NCBI GenBank assembly: GCA_904420235.1
Contig: CAJFUS010000160.1
Span: 1-38,614 of the forward strand
Length of the DNA: 38,614 nt
Source of the DNA: Candidatus Neoanaerotignum tabaqchaliae
GTDB lineage: Bacteria > Bacillota > Clostridia > Lachnospirales > Anaerotignaceae
Direction: 5' to 3'
Position 1 is the stretch's first letter. Each line of letters starts with the position of its first letter. The position numbers were made by a program, and so were the translations under genes. The notes below the pieces were generated by a model that was not told where the DNA came from, searched no databases, and saw only the letters and a list, made by a program, of their open reading frames with translations. Of this stretch, positions 16,230-25,912 are shown one piece after another.

Positions 16230-17162
16230 ATGTACGCTGATATTTGCAAGATGCTGAATATTAAATATCCGATTATACAGGGGGCTATGGCGTGGATTTC
16301 CGACCCAAGCCTTGTTTCCGCGGTGTCAAATGCGGGAGGACTTGGCGTTTTAGCTACCGGGCATCTTAATGCGGACGGCTGTGTTAAGGCCATACAAGAA
16401 ATAAGAGAAAGGACAGACAAGCCTTTCGCGGTGAATATTATGCTTTTAAGCCAGTTCGCCGACGAGCTGGTTCAGGCTGTAACCGAGGAAAAAGTTCCTG
16501 TTGTTACAACGGGCGCCGGAAGTCCAGGAAAATATATGAAGGCCTTTAAAGAGGCTGGAATAAAGGTTCTTCCTGTGGCGGCTTCTGTTGCCATAGCTAA
16601 AAGAATGGAAAAAGATGGGGCCGACGCTGTTATAGCCGAAGGCTGCGAGTCGGGAGGCCACGTTGGGAAAATTACAACAATGGCTCTTGTACCTCAGGTT
16701 GTTGACGCCCTTAATATACCAGTTATAGCAGCAGGCGGAATAGCCGATGGAAGGGGAATGGCCGCCGCCAGAATGCTTGGAGCTTCAGGAGTGCAGATAG
16801 GCACAAGATTTCTTGTGGCTGAGGAATGCACTGTACATCCTAATTATAAGGCTAGAATTATAAAGGCAAAGGATATAGACACCACAACAACAGGACAGTC
16901 AACAGGACACCCTGTTAGGGTTATAAGAAACAAGCTTGCCAGAAAGTTTGAGGAGCTTGAGAAAAACAATGCCTCTTCTGAAGAGCTGGACGCCATAGGC
17001 AGGGGCGCCTTAAGAAGAGCTGTTGTTGAAGGCGATATTGAAAATGGCTCCGTAATGAGCGGACAGATTGCCGGACTTGTTAGCAAAGAGCAAACGGCTA
17101 AAGAGATAATAGAGGAATTATTTGGCCAATATAAAGAAATAATGGAAAATGTAAGTATCTAA
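16230..17162 (+). CDS. fabK: Enoyl-ACP reductase FabK
   Basis: YPIIQGAMAW, EGCESGGHVG, AAGGIADGRG, GSVMSGQIAG; position in fab operon. Confidence 0.95.
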   Translation: MYADICKMLNIKYPIIQGAMAWISDPSLVSAVSNAGGLGVLATGHLNADGCVKAIQEIRERTDKPFAVNIMLLSQFADELVQAVTEEKVPVVTTGAGSPGKYMKAFKEAGIKVLPVAASVAIAKRMEKDGADAVIAEGCESGGHVGKITTMALVPQVVDALNIPVIAAGGIADGRGMAAARMLGASGVQIGTRFLVAEECTVHPNYKARIIKAKDIDTTTTGQSTGHPVRVIRNKLARKFEELEKNNASSEELDAIGRGALRRAVVEGDIENGSVMSGQIAGLVSKEQTAKEIIEELFGQYKEIMENVSI

Positions 17163-17166
17163 TCAA

Positions 17167-17240
17167 AGCGGTTTTGCCGCTGAGCGTTTTGTGCTTAATT
17201 TTAAAGGGTAGGCGGCAATTTTAGACCGCCGCCCTTATTT
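17167..17240 (+). other. Intra-operon GC-rich stem-loops between fabK and fabD
   Basis: AGCGG-TTTTG-CCGCT and AAGGG..GGCGG-loop-CCGCC.CCCTT followed by ATTT. Confidence 0.5.
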
Positions 17241-17281
17241 GTAATTATAAAATTATTCTATTTATTAAGGTGTGATAAATT

Positions 17282-18217
17282 ATGAAAACAGCTTTTATTT
17301 TCAGCGGACAGGGCGCCCAGTACAAAGGCATGGGAAAGGAGCTTTGCGATAACTTTAAATGCGCTGACGATATTTTCGGCAGGGCCGATAAAGCCCTTGG
17401 CTTCTCAATTAAAGAAATATGTTTTGAGGATGAGGAAAAGCTCAATAAAACTGAGTATACTCAGCCGTCGATACTTACAATGAGCACAGCGGCTTTAAGT
17501 GTTCTTAATGAAAACGGAATTAAGGCGGATTATGTTGCCGGATTAAGCCTTGGAGAGTATTCCGCCTATGTAGCCTCAGGAGCTTTTAATTTTGACGAAA
17601 CTGTTGAGCTTGTAAGAAAAAGAGGCCGTTTTATGACGGAAGCTGTGCCGGAAGGCGTTGGAGCTATGTATGCCATACTTGGCCTTGACCGTGAGACAGT
17701 TGAGAATACATGCGAGGAATTTAAATCCCAAGGATTTGTGGCTCCGGCAAATTATAACGCTCCGGGACAAATTGTAATAGCTGGAGAGGCTGAAATAGCG
17801 CAAAAAACCGCTGACGCCCTTAAGGAAAAAGGAGCTAAAATGGCTGTTAAGCTTAATGTAAGCGGACCATTCCATACGGCCCTTTTAAAGCCGGCCAGCG
17901 ACAAACTTGCCGTTGAGCTTGATAAAATAACAATATCGGATATGTCTGTTCCGGTTGTTACAAACCTTACGGGAGCGGAGGTTCCGTCAAAGGACGATAT
18001 TATACCAACACTTATAAAACAGGTTATGAGTCCGGTTAAATGGGAGGATACTATAAAATATCTTTATGATAAGGGCGTTGACACATTTATTGAGATTGGC
18101 CCAGGCAAAACACTGTGCGGTTTTGTGAAAAGAACCGTAAAGGGTGTTAAAATATTTAATGTAGAGGATATGAAATCTCTTGAGAAAACTCTTAAGGGTA
18201 TGGAGGAGATAAAATGA
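17282..18217 (+). CDS. fabD: Malonyl-CoA:ACP transacylase
   Basis: GQGAQ, TQP, GLSLGEY, RG, SGPFHT, EIGPG. Confidence 0.97.
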   Translation: MKTAFIFSGQGAQYKGMGKELCDNFKCADDIFGRADKALGFSIKEICFEDEEKLNKTEYTQPSILTMSTAALSVLNENGIKADYVAGLSLGEYSAYVASGAFNFDETVELVRKRGRFMTEAVPEGVGAMYAILGLDRETVENTCEEFKSQGFVAPANYNAPGQIVIAGEAEIAQKTADALKEKGAKMAVKLNVSGPFHTALLKPASDKLAVELDKITISDMSVPVVTNLTGAEVPSKDDIIPTLIKQVMSPVKWEDTIKYLYDKGVDTFIEIGPGKTLCGFVKRTVKGVKIFNVEDMKSLEKTLKGMEEIK

Positions 18218-18954
18218 TATTTGAGCTTAAAGGCAAAACGGCGGTTATAACAGGCGCGGCCAAAGGAATAGGCAGAGCCATAGCCATAGCTTTAGCCAAA
18301 AAAGGCTGCAATATAGTTCTTAATTACAGAAGCGCCGTGAAAGATGAGCTTGTTAAAGAAATAGAAGATTTAGGAGTTAAATGCGTTGCTGTTAAGGCGG
18401 ATGTAAGCAATTTTGAAGAGGCCGAGAACATAATAAAAACAGCTAAGGCTGAAACAGGCTCTGTTGACATACTTGTAAATAACGCAGGAATAACCCGCGA
18501 CGGCCTTTTAATGAGAATGAGTGAAAAAGACTTTGACGATGTTATAAACACAAATCTTAAGGGCGCTTTTAATATGGTAAGACATGCCAGCAGCGTGATG
18601 CTTAAGCAAAAATCGGGAACCATTATAAATATATCATCTGTTGTTGGACTTATTGGAAACGCCGGACAGGCCAATTACGCCTCATCAAAGGCCGGAGTTA
18701 TAGGCCTTACAAAATCTGCCGCCAGAGAACTGGCCTCAAGGGGAATTACCGTAAACGCTGTGGCCCCAGGGTTTATAACTACGGATATGACAGATGTGCT
18801 TACAGAGGAGCAGCATAAAAGAATGCTTGAAAATATACCGCTCAAAAAAGCCGGCTCGCCGGAGGACGTAGCCGAGGCCGTTGTGTTCCTTGCCGAAAAC
18901 AGATATATAACCGGACAGGTGTTGAATGTTGACGGCGGAATGGTAATGAGCTGA
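18214..18954 (+). CDS. fabG: 3-oxoacyl-ACP reductase
   Basis: TGAAKGIG, NNAGITRD, YASSK, PGFITTDMT. Confidence 0.97.
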   Translation: MIFELKGKTAVITGAAKGIGRAIAIALAKKGCNIVLNYRSAVKDELVKEIEDLGVKCVAVKADVSNFEEAENIIKTAKAETGSVDILVNNAGITRDGLLMRMSEKDFDDVINTNLKGAFNMVRHASSVMLKQKSGTIINISSVVGLIGNAGQANYASSKAGVIGLTKSAARELASRGITVNAVAPGFITTDMTDVLTEEQHKRMLENIPLKKAGSPEDVAEAVVFLAENRYITGQVLNVDGGMVMS

Positions 18955-18966
18955 AAGGGGATTTTT

Positions 18967-20208
18967 ATGAGAAGAAGATGCGTTATAACAGGTATGGGCG
19001 CTGTTACGCCTTGCGGAAACGATGTTGACGAGTTCTGGAACAATATTAAAAACGGTGTAAGCGGCATAGACTATATTACAAAATTCGATACAGAGGGATT
19101 TAAGGTTAAAATAGGCGGCGAGGTTAAAAATTTCAATCCGGAGCAATATATATCAAAAAAGGATGTTAAAAGAAACGACCTTTATTCAATTTACGCCATA
19201 GCCGCCGCTAAGCAGGCCTATGACATGAGCGGTCTTAAAGACGAGGAAATAGACCATGACAGGTTTGGCGTTATTGTGGGAAGCGGCATAGGCGGACTTA
19301 TGACAATTAACGAGCAGATTGTTAAGCTTGTTGAAAAAGGACCGTCAAAGGTTTCTCCGCTTTTTATACCTATGTCAATAAGCAATATGGCGGCCGGAAA
19401 CATATCAATAATGTTTAAGGCTCAGGGAATAAGCGAAAACGTAGTTTCGGCCTGCGCAACAGGCACAAGCTCCATAGGCGAGGCGTATCTTAAAATAGTT
19501 GACGGGTATCAAGACATAATGATAGCCGGAGGCTCCGAGGCGTCAATAACTCCTATAGGCGTTGCCGGATTTGCCAATCTTACGGCGCTTTCTACAAATC
19601 CGGATCCTAAAAAAGCCAGCAGACCTTTTGATAAGAACCGCGACGGATTCGTAATGGGCGACGGAGCTGGAATGCTTGTGCTTGAGGAGCTTGAGCACGC
19701 CATTAAAAGAGGAGCCAAGATTTATGCCGAGATTGTAGGCTATGGCTCGTCAAGCGATGCTTATCATATTACGGCCCCATGCCCTGACGGAAGCGGCGGA
19801 GCAAAAGCCATGAGATATGCCATTGAGGAGGCCGGAATTAAGCCGGAAGACATAGACTATATAAATGCCCACGGCACAAGCACGCCGGCAAACGACGGAG
19901 CCGAAACGGCATCCATAAAGCTTGCCCTTGGCGAGCATGCCAAAAAGGTTGCCATAAGCAGCTCTAAGTCTATGACGGGACATCTTTTGGGCGCTGCTGG
20001 AGCCATAGAGGCAATAGTGTGCGTAAAGGCCATAGAAGATGATTTCGCTCCGCCTACAATTAATTATGAGACACCGGACGAGGAATGCGACCTTGATTAT
20101 GTGCCTAATGTTGGCAGAAGCATGAGAATAAGATACGCCCTTTCCGATAATCTTGGTTTTGGCGGACATAACGCCGTATTATGCTTTAAAAAATGGGAGG
20201 GCAGGTAA
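18967..20208 (+). CDS. fabF: 3-oxoacyl-ACP synthase II
   Basis: SACAT, NAHGTST, KSMTGHLLGAAG, GFGGHN. Confidence 0.97.
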   Translation: MRRRCVITGMGAVTPCGNDVDEFWNNIKNGVSGIDYITKFDTEGFKVKIGGEVKNFNPEQYISKKDVKRNDLYSIYAIAAAKQAYDMSGLKDEEIDHDRFGVIVGSGIGGLMTINEQIVKLVEKGPSKVSPLFIPMSISNMAAGNISIMFKAQGISENVVSACATGTSSIGEAYLKIVDGYQDIMIAGGSEASITPIGVAGFANLTALSTNPDPKKASRPFDKNRDGFVMGDGAGMLVLEELEHAIKRGAKIYAEIVGYGSSSDAYHITAPCPDGSGGAKAMRYAIEEAGIKPEDIDYINAHGTSTPANDGAETASIKLALGEHAKKVAISSSKSMTGHLLGAAGAIEAIVCVKAIEDDFAPPTINYETPDEECDLDYVPNVGRSMRIRYALSDNLGFGGHNAVLCFKKWEGR

Positions 20209-20211
20209 AAA

Positions 20212-20703
20212 ATGAATTTTAATGAGGTTAAAGAACTTATTTCAATAGTGGACAGCTCAAGCTTAAAGAGTTTTGAGCTTACCCTTGACAACTGCAATGT
20301 TAAAATGAATAAAACGGGAGCCGTAGCGGTTCCTCAAACGCAGACGGAAACAATAACTCTTTCGTCAGTACAGCCTCAAAGCGTTTCTGTAAGCGCACCT
20401 GTTGCTCAAACGGCGCCGTTGGCTGAGGCTGAAAGCGCAAGTGAGGATAAAAAGGACGATGATAAATCAGGAAATATAGTAAAAGCTCCTCTTGTAGGCA
20501 CATTCTATGAAAGCCCCGGACCGGGAAAACCGGTTTATGCCCCCGTCGGCGCCAAGGTTAAAAAAGGCGATGTGCTTTGCATAATAGAGGCTATGAAGAT
20601 AATGAACGAGGTTGTAAGCGACTTTGACGGCGAGGTTAAAGAGGTTCTTGTTAAAAACGAGGAACTTGTCGAATACGGCCAGCCGCTTTTCAGAATAGGC
20701 TGA
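20212..20703 (+). CDS. accB: Acetyl-CoA carboxylase biotin carboxyl carrier protein
   Basis: EAMKIMNE biotinylation motif, VEYGQPLF. Confidence 0.97.
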   Translation: MNFNEVKELISIVDSSSLKSFELTLDNCNVKMNKTGAVAVPQTQTETITLSSVQPQSVSVSAPVAQTAPLAEAESASEDKKDDDKSGNIVKAPLVGTFYESPGPGKPVYAPVGAKVKKGDVLCIIEAMKIMNEVVSDFDGEVKEVLVKNEELVEYGQPLFRIG

Positions 20704-20718
20704 CAGGGGGAATTTTAA

Positions 20719-21141
20719 ATGATGGATATAAAAGAAATTATGAAAATACTTCCCCACAGGCCGCCGTTTCTTCTTATAGACAGAGTTGAGGAAATTGTTG
20801 AGGGAGAAAAGATAGTTGCCGTTAAAAACGTTACGATGAACGAACCCTATTTTGTGGGACACTTCCCTCAGGAGCCTGTAATGCCGGGAGTGCTTATTGT
20901 TGAGGCTATGGCTCAGGCCGGAGCGGTAGCTGTTCTTTCGATGGAACAGTTTAAAGGGAAGACCGCTTATTTTGGCGGTATTGACAAGGCCAAATTCAGA
21001 AGAAAAGTTGTTCCGGGTGACACTTTGCGCATAGAGGTTGAGATTATAAAGCTTAAAATGAACGCCGGAATAGGAAAGGGCACTGCCTATGTTGACGGCA
21101 AAAAGGCCTGCGAGGCCGAAATTACATTCCTCATCGGATAA
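20719..21141 (+). CDS. fabZ: 3-hydroxyacyl-ACP dehydratase
   Basis: [32 protein letters not shown]. Confidence 0.97.
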   Translation: MMDIKEIMKILPHRPPFLLIDRVEEIVEGEKIVAVKNVTMNEPYFVGHFPQEPVMPGVLIVEAMAQAGAVAVLSMEQFKGKTAYFGGIDKAKFRRKVVPGDTLRIEVEIIKLKMNAGIGKGTAYVDGKKACEAEITFLIG

Positions 21142-21156
21142 GGGAGGTCTTATATT

Positions 21157-22503
21157 TTGTTTCAAAAGGTTTTAATAGCTAATAGGGGCGAAATTGCCGT
21201 AAGAATAATACGCGCGTGCCGTGAAATGGGAATATCAACGGTGGCGGTGTTTTCTGAGCCGGACAGGGACGCCCTGCATACACAGCTCGCCGACGAGGCC
21301 GTTTGCATAGGTCCTGCTAAAGCCAAAGACAGTTACCTTAACATGCAGAATATAATAAGCGCCGCTGTTGCCACAAAGGCTCAAGCCATACACCCGGGTT
21401 TTGGGTTTTTGGCTGAGAACGCCATATTCGCAGGAATGTGCGAGGAGTGCAACATAAAATTTATAGGCCCTGACGCGGGGGTTATAGACGCCATGGGCAA
21501 TAAATCCAATGCGCGCCAGCTTATGATTAAGGCAGGCGTTCCCGTTATACCTGGAAGCGACGGAGTTATATCAAATATATATGAGGCCAAGGAATGCGCT
21601 AAAAGGCTTGGCTATCCGGTTATGGTTAAAGCTTCCGCCGGAGGCGGCGGAAAGGGCATACGCATTGTGCGTTCCGAAGAAGAACTTGAAAACGCTTACG
21701 AAAGCGCTAAAGCCGAGACAAAGGCCGCTTTTGGCGACGATACCATGTATATGGAAAAGGTTATAGAAAACGCCAGACACATAGAAATACAGATACTTGG
21801 CGACGATTACGGAAATGTTATACATCTTGGCGAAAGGGACTGTTCCCTTCAAAGAAGGAATCAAAAGGTTCTTGAGGAAGCTCCGTCTCCGGTGCTCTCA
21901 GAGAAAACAAGAAAGGCCATGGGCGAGGCGGCTGTTAAAGCTGCAAAAGCCGTTGGATATAAAAGCGCCGGCACAATAGAGTTTCTTTATGACAAAGACG
22001 GCAATTTCTATTTTATGGAAATGAACACAAGAATACAGGTTGAACATCCGGTTACAGAAATGATTACCGGAATTGACATTGTAAAGGAGCAGATAAAAAT
22101 AGCCGAGGGCGACGCTCTTGACATAAAACAGAAAGACGTTAAGATAACCGGCCATGCCATAGAGTGCCGCATTAACGCTGAAAATCCGGATAAAAACTTC
22201 GCTCCCTCGCCGGGAACACTTGATTATCTGCTTGTTCCGGGTGGGACACTTGGAGTTAGGGTTGACAGCGCCGTTTACGCCGGCTGTCAAATACTTCCAT
22301 ACTACGACTCTATGATTGCCAAGGTAATAACCTATGGCCAAACGAGGCAGGAAGCTATAGAAAAAATGCGCCGCTGTCTTTATGAGTTTGTTATTGAGGG
22401 CGTTGACACCAATATAGAATTTCAGGAAAAAATACTTACAAACGAGAAGTATTTGGAGGGTGTTTTTGATACAGGCTTTATAGCCCGAGAGATTATTAAA
22501 TAA
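21157..22503 (+). CDS. accC: Acetyl-CoA carboxylase biotin carboxylase subunit
   Basis: [32 protein letters not shown]; TTG start behind GGAGG. Confidence 0.97.
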   Translation: MFQKVLIANRGEIAVRIIRACREMGISTVAVFSEPDRDALHTQLADEAVCIGPAKAKDSYLNMQNIISAAVATKAQAIHPGFGFLAENAIFAGMCEECNIKFIGPDAGVIDAMGNKSNARQLMIKAGVPVIPGSDGVISNIYEAKECAKRLGYPVMVKASAGGGGKGIRIVRSEEELENAYESAKAETKAAFGDDTMYMEKVIENARHIEIQILGDDYGNVIHLGERDCSLQRRNQKVLEEAPSPVLSEKTRKAMGEAAVKAAKAVGYKSAGTIEFLYDKDGNFYFMEMNTRIQVEHPVTEMITGIDIVKEQIKIAEGDALDIKQKDVKITGHAIECRINAENPDKNFAPSPGTLDYLLVPGGTLGVRVDSAVYAGCQILPYYDSMIAKVITYGQTRQEAIEKMRRCLYEFVIEGVDTNIEFQEKILTNEKYLEGVFDTGFIAREIIK

Positions 22504-22517
22504 CAGGTGATTTGACT

Positions 22518-23417
22518 ATGAACCTTTTTAAAAAGAAAAATTATATACCCATTGGCAGAACAATGCCTAAAAGGGAAGAAACAGCCCATGAGCCTGAACA
22601 GCAGCAGGAAACGCCCGCTATACCAGACGGTATGTGGGTTAAATGCCGTTTCTGCGGCGGACTTATTTATAAAAAAGAAATGGATGAGTTCCAAATTTGT
22701 CCTAAGTGCGGCGGACACTTTAGAATATCGGCTGCCGAAAGACTTGCTATTACCTGTGACGAGGGCTCATTTGAGGAATTTGACGCCAATATGGTGGCTA
22801 AAAATCCAATGGACTATCCTGATTATGATAAACTGCTTGAAAAAATAAGAGATAAAAGCGGCCTTAAGGATGGTGTGCTTACGGGTCTTTGCCGAATAAA
22901 CGGATATAAAACCGTTATAGCCGTTATGGACAGCAATTTTATGATGGGCTCAATGGGCTCGGTAGTGGGCGAGAAAATAACAAGGGCAATAGAAAAGGCA
23001 ACGCAGCTTAAACTGCCCATAGTTATATTCACATGCTCCGGCGGAGCAAGAATGCAGGAGGGCATAATTTCACTTATGCAGATGGCTAAAACAAGCGCCG
23101 CCGTAAGAAAACACAATGACGCGGGACTTTTATATGTTACCGTTGCCACAGACCCTACAACAGGTGGAGTAAGCGCATCGTTTGCTAATCTTGGCGATAT
23201 TATACTGGCAGAGCCAAAGGCAATAATGGGATTTGCCGGCAGAAGGGTTATAGAGGGCACCATAAACGAAAAACTGCCGGATGACTTTCAAACTGCCGAA
23301 TTTCAATTAAGCCACGGATTTGTTGACAAAATAGTTAACAGAAGGGATATGAAAGACGCCCTTACAACAATATTTAAGCTGCACAATATTAAAAAGGGGG
23401 AAGAAGGCAATGAGTAA
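22518..23417 (+). CDS. accD: Acetyl-CoA carboxylase carboxyltransferase beta subunit
   Basis: CxxC...CxxC zinc finger, GSMGSVVGE, SGGARMQEG, PTTGGV; ATG 22518 preferred (TTG 22512 alternative). Confidence 0.95.
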   Translation: MNLFKKKNYIPIGRTMPKREETAHEPEQQQETPAIPDGMWVKCRFCGGLIYKKEMDEFQICPKCGGHFRISAAERLAITCDEGSFEEFDANMVAKNPMDYPDYDKLLEKIRDKSGLKDGVLTGLCRINGYKTVIAVMDSNFMMGSMGSVVGEKITRAIEKATQLKLPIVIFTCSGGARMQEGIISLMQMAKTSAAVRKHNDAGLLYVTVATDPTTGGVSASFANLGDIILAEPKAIMGFAGRRVIEGTINEKLPDDFQTAEFQLSHGFVDKIVNRRDMKDALTTIFKLHNIKKGEEGNE

Positions 23418-24207
23418 CGCTTCGGAAGTGCTTTTAAAAGCCAGAATGGTATCAAGGCCAACGTCCCTTGAGTTTATAGAAAAAATATTCGACGACTTTT
23501 TTGAGCTTCACGGCGACAGGCATTTTGAGGATGATAAAGCAATGGTTGGCGGAATAGCATCTCTTGACGGAATGCCCGTTACTGTTATTGGCATACAAAA
23601 GGGCCACACTGTTAAAGAAAACGTGGAAAGGCGTTTCGGCTCTCCAAATCCGGACGGATACCGCAAGGTTGTGCGCCTTATGAAGCAGGCTGAAAAGTTC
23701 CACAGACCGGTTATACAATTTATAAATACCTCAGGGGCCTATCCGGGAAAGGGGGCCGAGGAAAGAGGACAGGGCGAGGCCATAGCCCGCTGTCTTTATG
23801 AGTCATCAGGACTTAAAACGCCCGTTATAAGCATATTTATAGGCGAGGGCGGCTCAGGCGGCGCAATAGCCATGGCTGCCGGCGATAGAGTTTGGATGCT
23901 TGAAAACGGTATGTACGCGGTGCTTTCGCCTGAAGGCTTTGCCAGCATTCTGTGGAGAGACCCGTCAAGAAGCGGCGAGGCGGCTGAGCTTATGAAACTG
24001 ACGGCTCAGGACCTTATTAAAAACGGCGTTATAGAAAAAATTATACCGGAGCCGGAGGAAGGTCTTGAAAATAATCTTGAGTTTACAACAAACATAATAA
24101 AAGAGGAGCTTAAAAAAGAGCTTGCCGTGCTTTGCGTCAAACCCTATGATGAGCTTTTGGAGGAAAGATACCAAAGGTTCAGAAAATATGGCGAATTTGA
24201 GGAATAA
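23410..24207 (+). CDS. accA: Acetyl-CoA carboxylase carboxyltransferase alpha subunit
   Basis: ELHGDR, GAYPG..AEERGQ, GEGGSGGA, SPEG. Confidence 0.97.
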   Translation: MSNASEVLLKARMVSRPTSLEFIEKIFDDFFELHGDRHFEDDKAMVGGIASLDGMPVTVIGIQKGHTVKENVERRFGSPNPDGYRKVVRLMKQAEKFHRPVIQFINTSGAYPGKGAEERGQGEAIARCLYESSGLKTPVISIFIGEGGSGGAIAMAAGDRVWMLENGMYAVLSPEGFASILWRDPSRSGEAAELMKLTAQDLIKNGVIEKIIPEPEEGLENNLEFTTNIIKEELKKELAVLCVKPYDELLEERYQRFRKYGEFEE

Positions 24208-24224
24208 TAATTTTATTAAAATTT

Positions 24225-24272
24225 AACGGGTGTTCAAAAAACAATGCGCGATTTTTTGGACGCCTGTTTTTT
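24225..24272 (+). terminator. Intrinsic terminator of the fab operon
   Basis: AACGGGTGTTCAAAAAA / TTTTTTGGACGCCTGTT stem with G-U pairs on the plus strand, then T-tract. Confidence 0.8.
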
Positions 24273-24387
24273 ATATTTGTCTGAATATAACCTGCAACAA
24301 CATTTAAGTCAAATTTAAAATTTGTTGAATGCAGAGTTTATGTTGTTAGATGATTTTTAATGATATTAAAATTGAAAGAGGAGTTTT

Positions 24388-24507
24388 ATGAAGCCCATAA
24401 AAGAGATTTTGTTTCCCAAAAAAGTGCCGCCTATAAGAATTGCGGGTTTTCGTTTGTTTAACATTGGCGGACGTATGAGATGGTTTATAAGCTTACTTAA
24501 AAGATAA
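24388..24507 (+). CDS. Putative 39-aa cationic amphipathic peptide (not in ORF track)
   Basis: AAAGAGGAG RBS just upstream of ATG; MKPIKEILFPKKVPPIRIAGFRLFNIGGRMRWFISLLKR; locally higher GC than flanks; lies between two terminators. Confidence 0.5.
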   Translation: MKPIKEILFPKKVPPIRIAGFRLFNIGGRMRWFISLLKR

Positions 24508-24650
24508 AAATATTAAAATTATGCAGGTGCAAAACTTTAAACAAATTTTAAGTTAAACAAAAAATATTGTAATCTTTATAAAACAATATTCTACATTAGC
24601 TGAATTTTGGCAATGATTTAGCAAAATATTTTAAATATAACTCAATTTAA

Positions 24651-24692
24651 AAACGGACACTCAAGGATTGTTTATGCCATGTGTGTCCGTTT
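24651..24692. terminator. Probable bidirectional terminator downstream of HIT
   Basis: AAACGGACAC/GTGTCCGTTT 10-bp stem with flanking A/T tracts. Confidence 0.7.
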
Positions 24693-24709
24693 ATTTTGTT
24701 ATTAAGGGT

Positions 24710-25126
24710 TTAAAAAACCATTTTCTGGGCCAATTTTGCCCTTACGCTTTCAATCTGTTCGTCCGTAAGGTCCATTTGCGGCCATGATACGTTAACTTTG
24801 TCGTTTTCGTATCTTGGTATAAGGTGAAGATGGAAATGGTTTACTGTTTGGCCGGCAACGGGGCCGTTGTTTTGAAGTACATTCATGTTCTCAAAGCCAA
24901 GAACGTCTTTCATTGCTCTGGCTATTTTGGCGGCAAGGGTAAAAAGCCTTCCGGCCTTTTCAGGGTCAATTTCAAAAATATTGGCGCAGTGTTCTTTAGG
25001 CATTATAAGCACATGGCCCTCGTTTGACGGGAAACGGTCTAAAATGGCCTTAAACTCATCGTTTTCATAAATTGTGGCCGAAGGTATATCTCCGGCTATT
25101 ATTTTGCAGAATATACAGTCGCTCAT
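24710..25126 (-). CDS. hit: HIT family nucleotide hydrolase
   Basis: CIFCKII, GHVLIMPK, AGQTVNHFHLHLIPR histidine triad. Confidence 0.95.
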   Translation of the reverse strand: MSDCIFCKIIAGDIPSATIYENDEFKAILDRFPSNEGHVLIMPKEHCANIFEIDPEKAGRLFTLAAKIARAMKDVLGFENMNVLQNNGPVAGQTVNHFHLHLIPRYENDKVNVSWPQMDLTDEQIESVRAKLAQKMVF

Positions 25127-25200
25127 TGGTGTGGCCTCCTTTTTGTAAAATATTTACAAAAAAAGTATACCACCCCAAAAGAACCTTTGCAATATCCCTG

Positions 25201-25770
25201 TTATTCAGAACCTTCCTGAACACTTTCGGATAAGTCTTCAGATGCATTCGTGTTAAGTATAGCTTTGGCGTCCTGATATTTTGTAAAAAGGTATGAGTCA
25301 AGAACAGCGTGGTTCTGCTCGTCGTTCATAATGGACAAAATTGTTCGGGCCTGTGAAGGATACTGCGGCTCCATTACAATGGCTAAGTCCCGATAAAATC
25401 TGGCGGCCTCAATTTCATTTATAATGGCTTCTGATAAAACTTCCTGTATGCCTTTTGCGTCTATGTTGCGATACTGCAGGTCGGCGGGGATTATGGAAGG
25501 ATTTTCAAGCATGGCCGAAAGCAGTTTTTTATGCCTAAGCTCGTCAAGATACATACTCCTTATTGTTTCTCTGTCACGGCTGTCAACAACTGTAGCCATA
25601 AGATTTTTATAACCATCGGCAGACTCGGTTTCTGAAGCTATGGCTTTTAAAATAAGCTCGGTTATTCTCGCATCGTTTTCAGGAACTGACGAATTGTCCT
25701 TTTCGGCGGCTTTAATAGGTTTTTCAGAGTCCTTGCTGGAGTTTGAAGCATTTGACATATATGGATACAT
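25201..25770 (-). CDS. Ferritin-like / rubrerythrin-fold diiron protein
   Basis: Two E...Y...DExxH units (DELRH, DEQNH); low-complexity termini. Confidence 0.75.
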   Translation of the reverse strand: MYPYMSNASNSSKDSEKPIKAAEKDNSSVPENDARITELILKAIASETESADGYKNLMATVVDSRDRETIRSMYLDELRHKKLLSAMLENPSIIPADLQYRNIDAKGIQEVLSEAIINEIEAARFYRDLAIVMEPQYPSQARTILSIMNDEQNHAVLDSYLFTKYQDAKAILNTNASEDLSESVQEGSE

Positions 25771-25912
25771 AATTTTTCCCCCTTAATATAAATATATAAA
25801 AACAGAGTATTTTTCATGCCATATAGTTGCGGTATATTTACTTTATATGTGGTATTGAACGGAATATTCTGGTATTATTTAATATATTAAAAATTTGACA
25901 GGAGATGTTATT

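Noticed and set aside
20467-21165. 232-aa antisense ORF, and the many other 60-160 aa overlapping ORFs in the track
   Set aside because: Shadow frames of well-supported genes; no recognisable motifs
14938-24207. Type II PKS or specialised-lipid biosynthetic cluster
   Set aside because: Single ACP, canonical FabF/FabH and standard FAS II order; no chain-length factor or tailoring genes
24388-24507. Calling the small peptide SpoVM
   Set aside because: Longer than SpoVM and lacks its typical KLPKFLGG pattern; only physicochemical similarity
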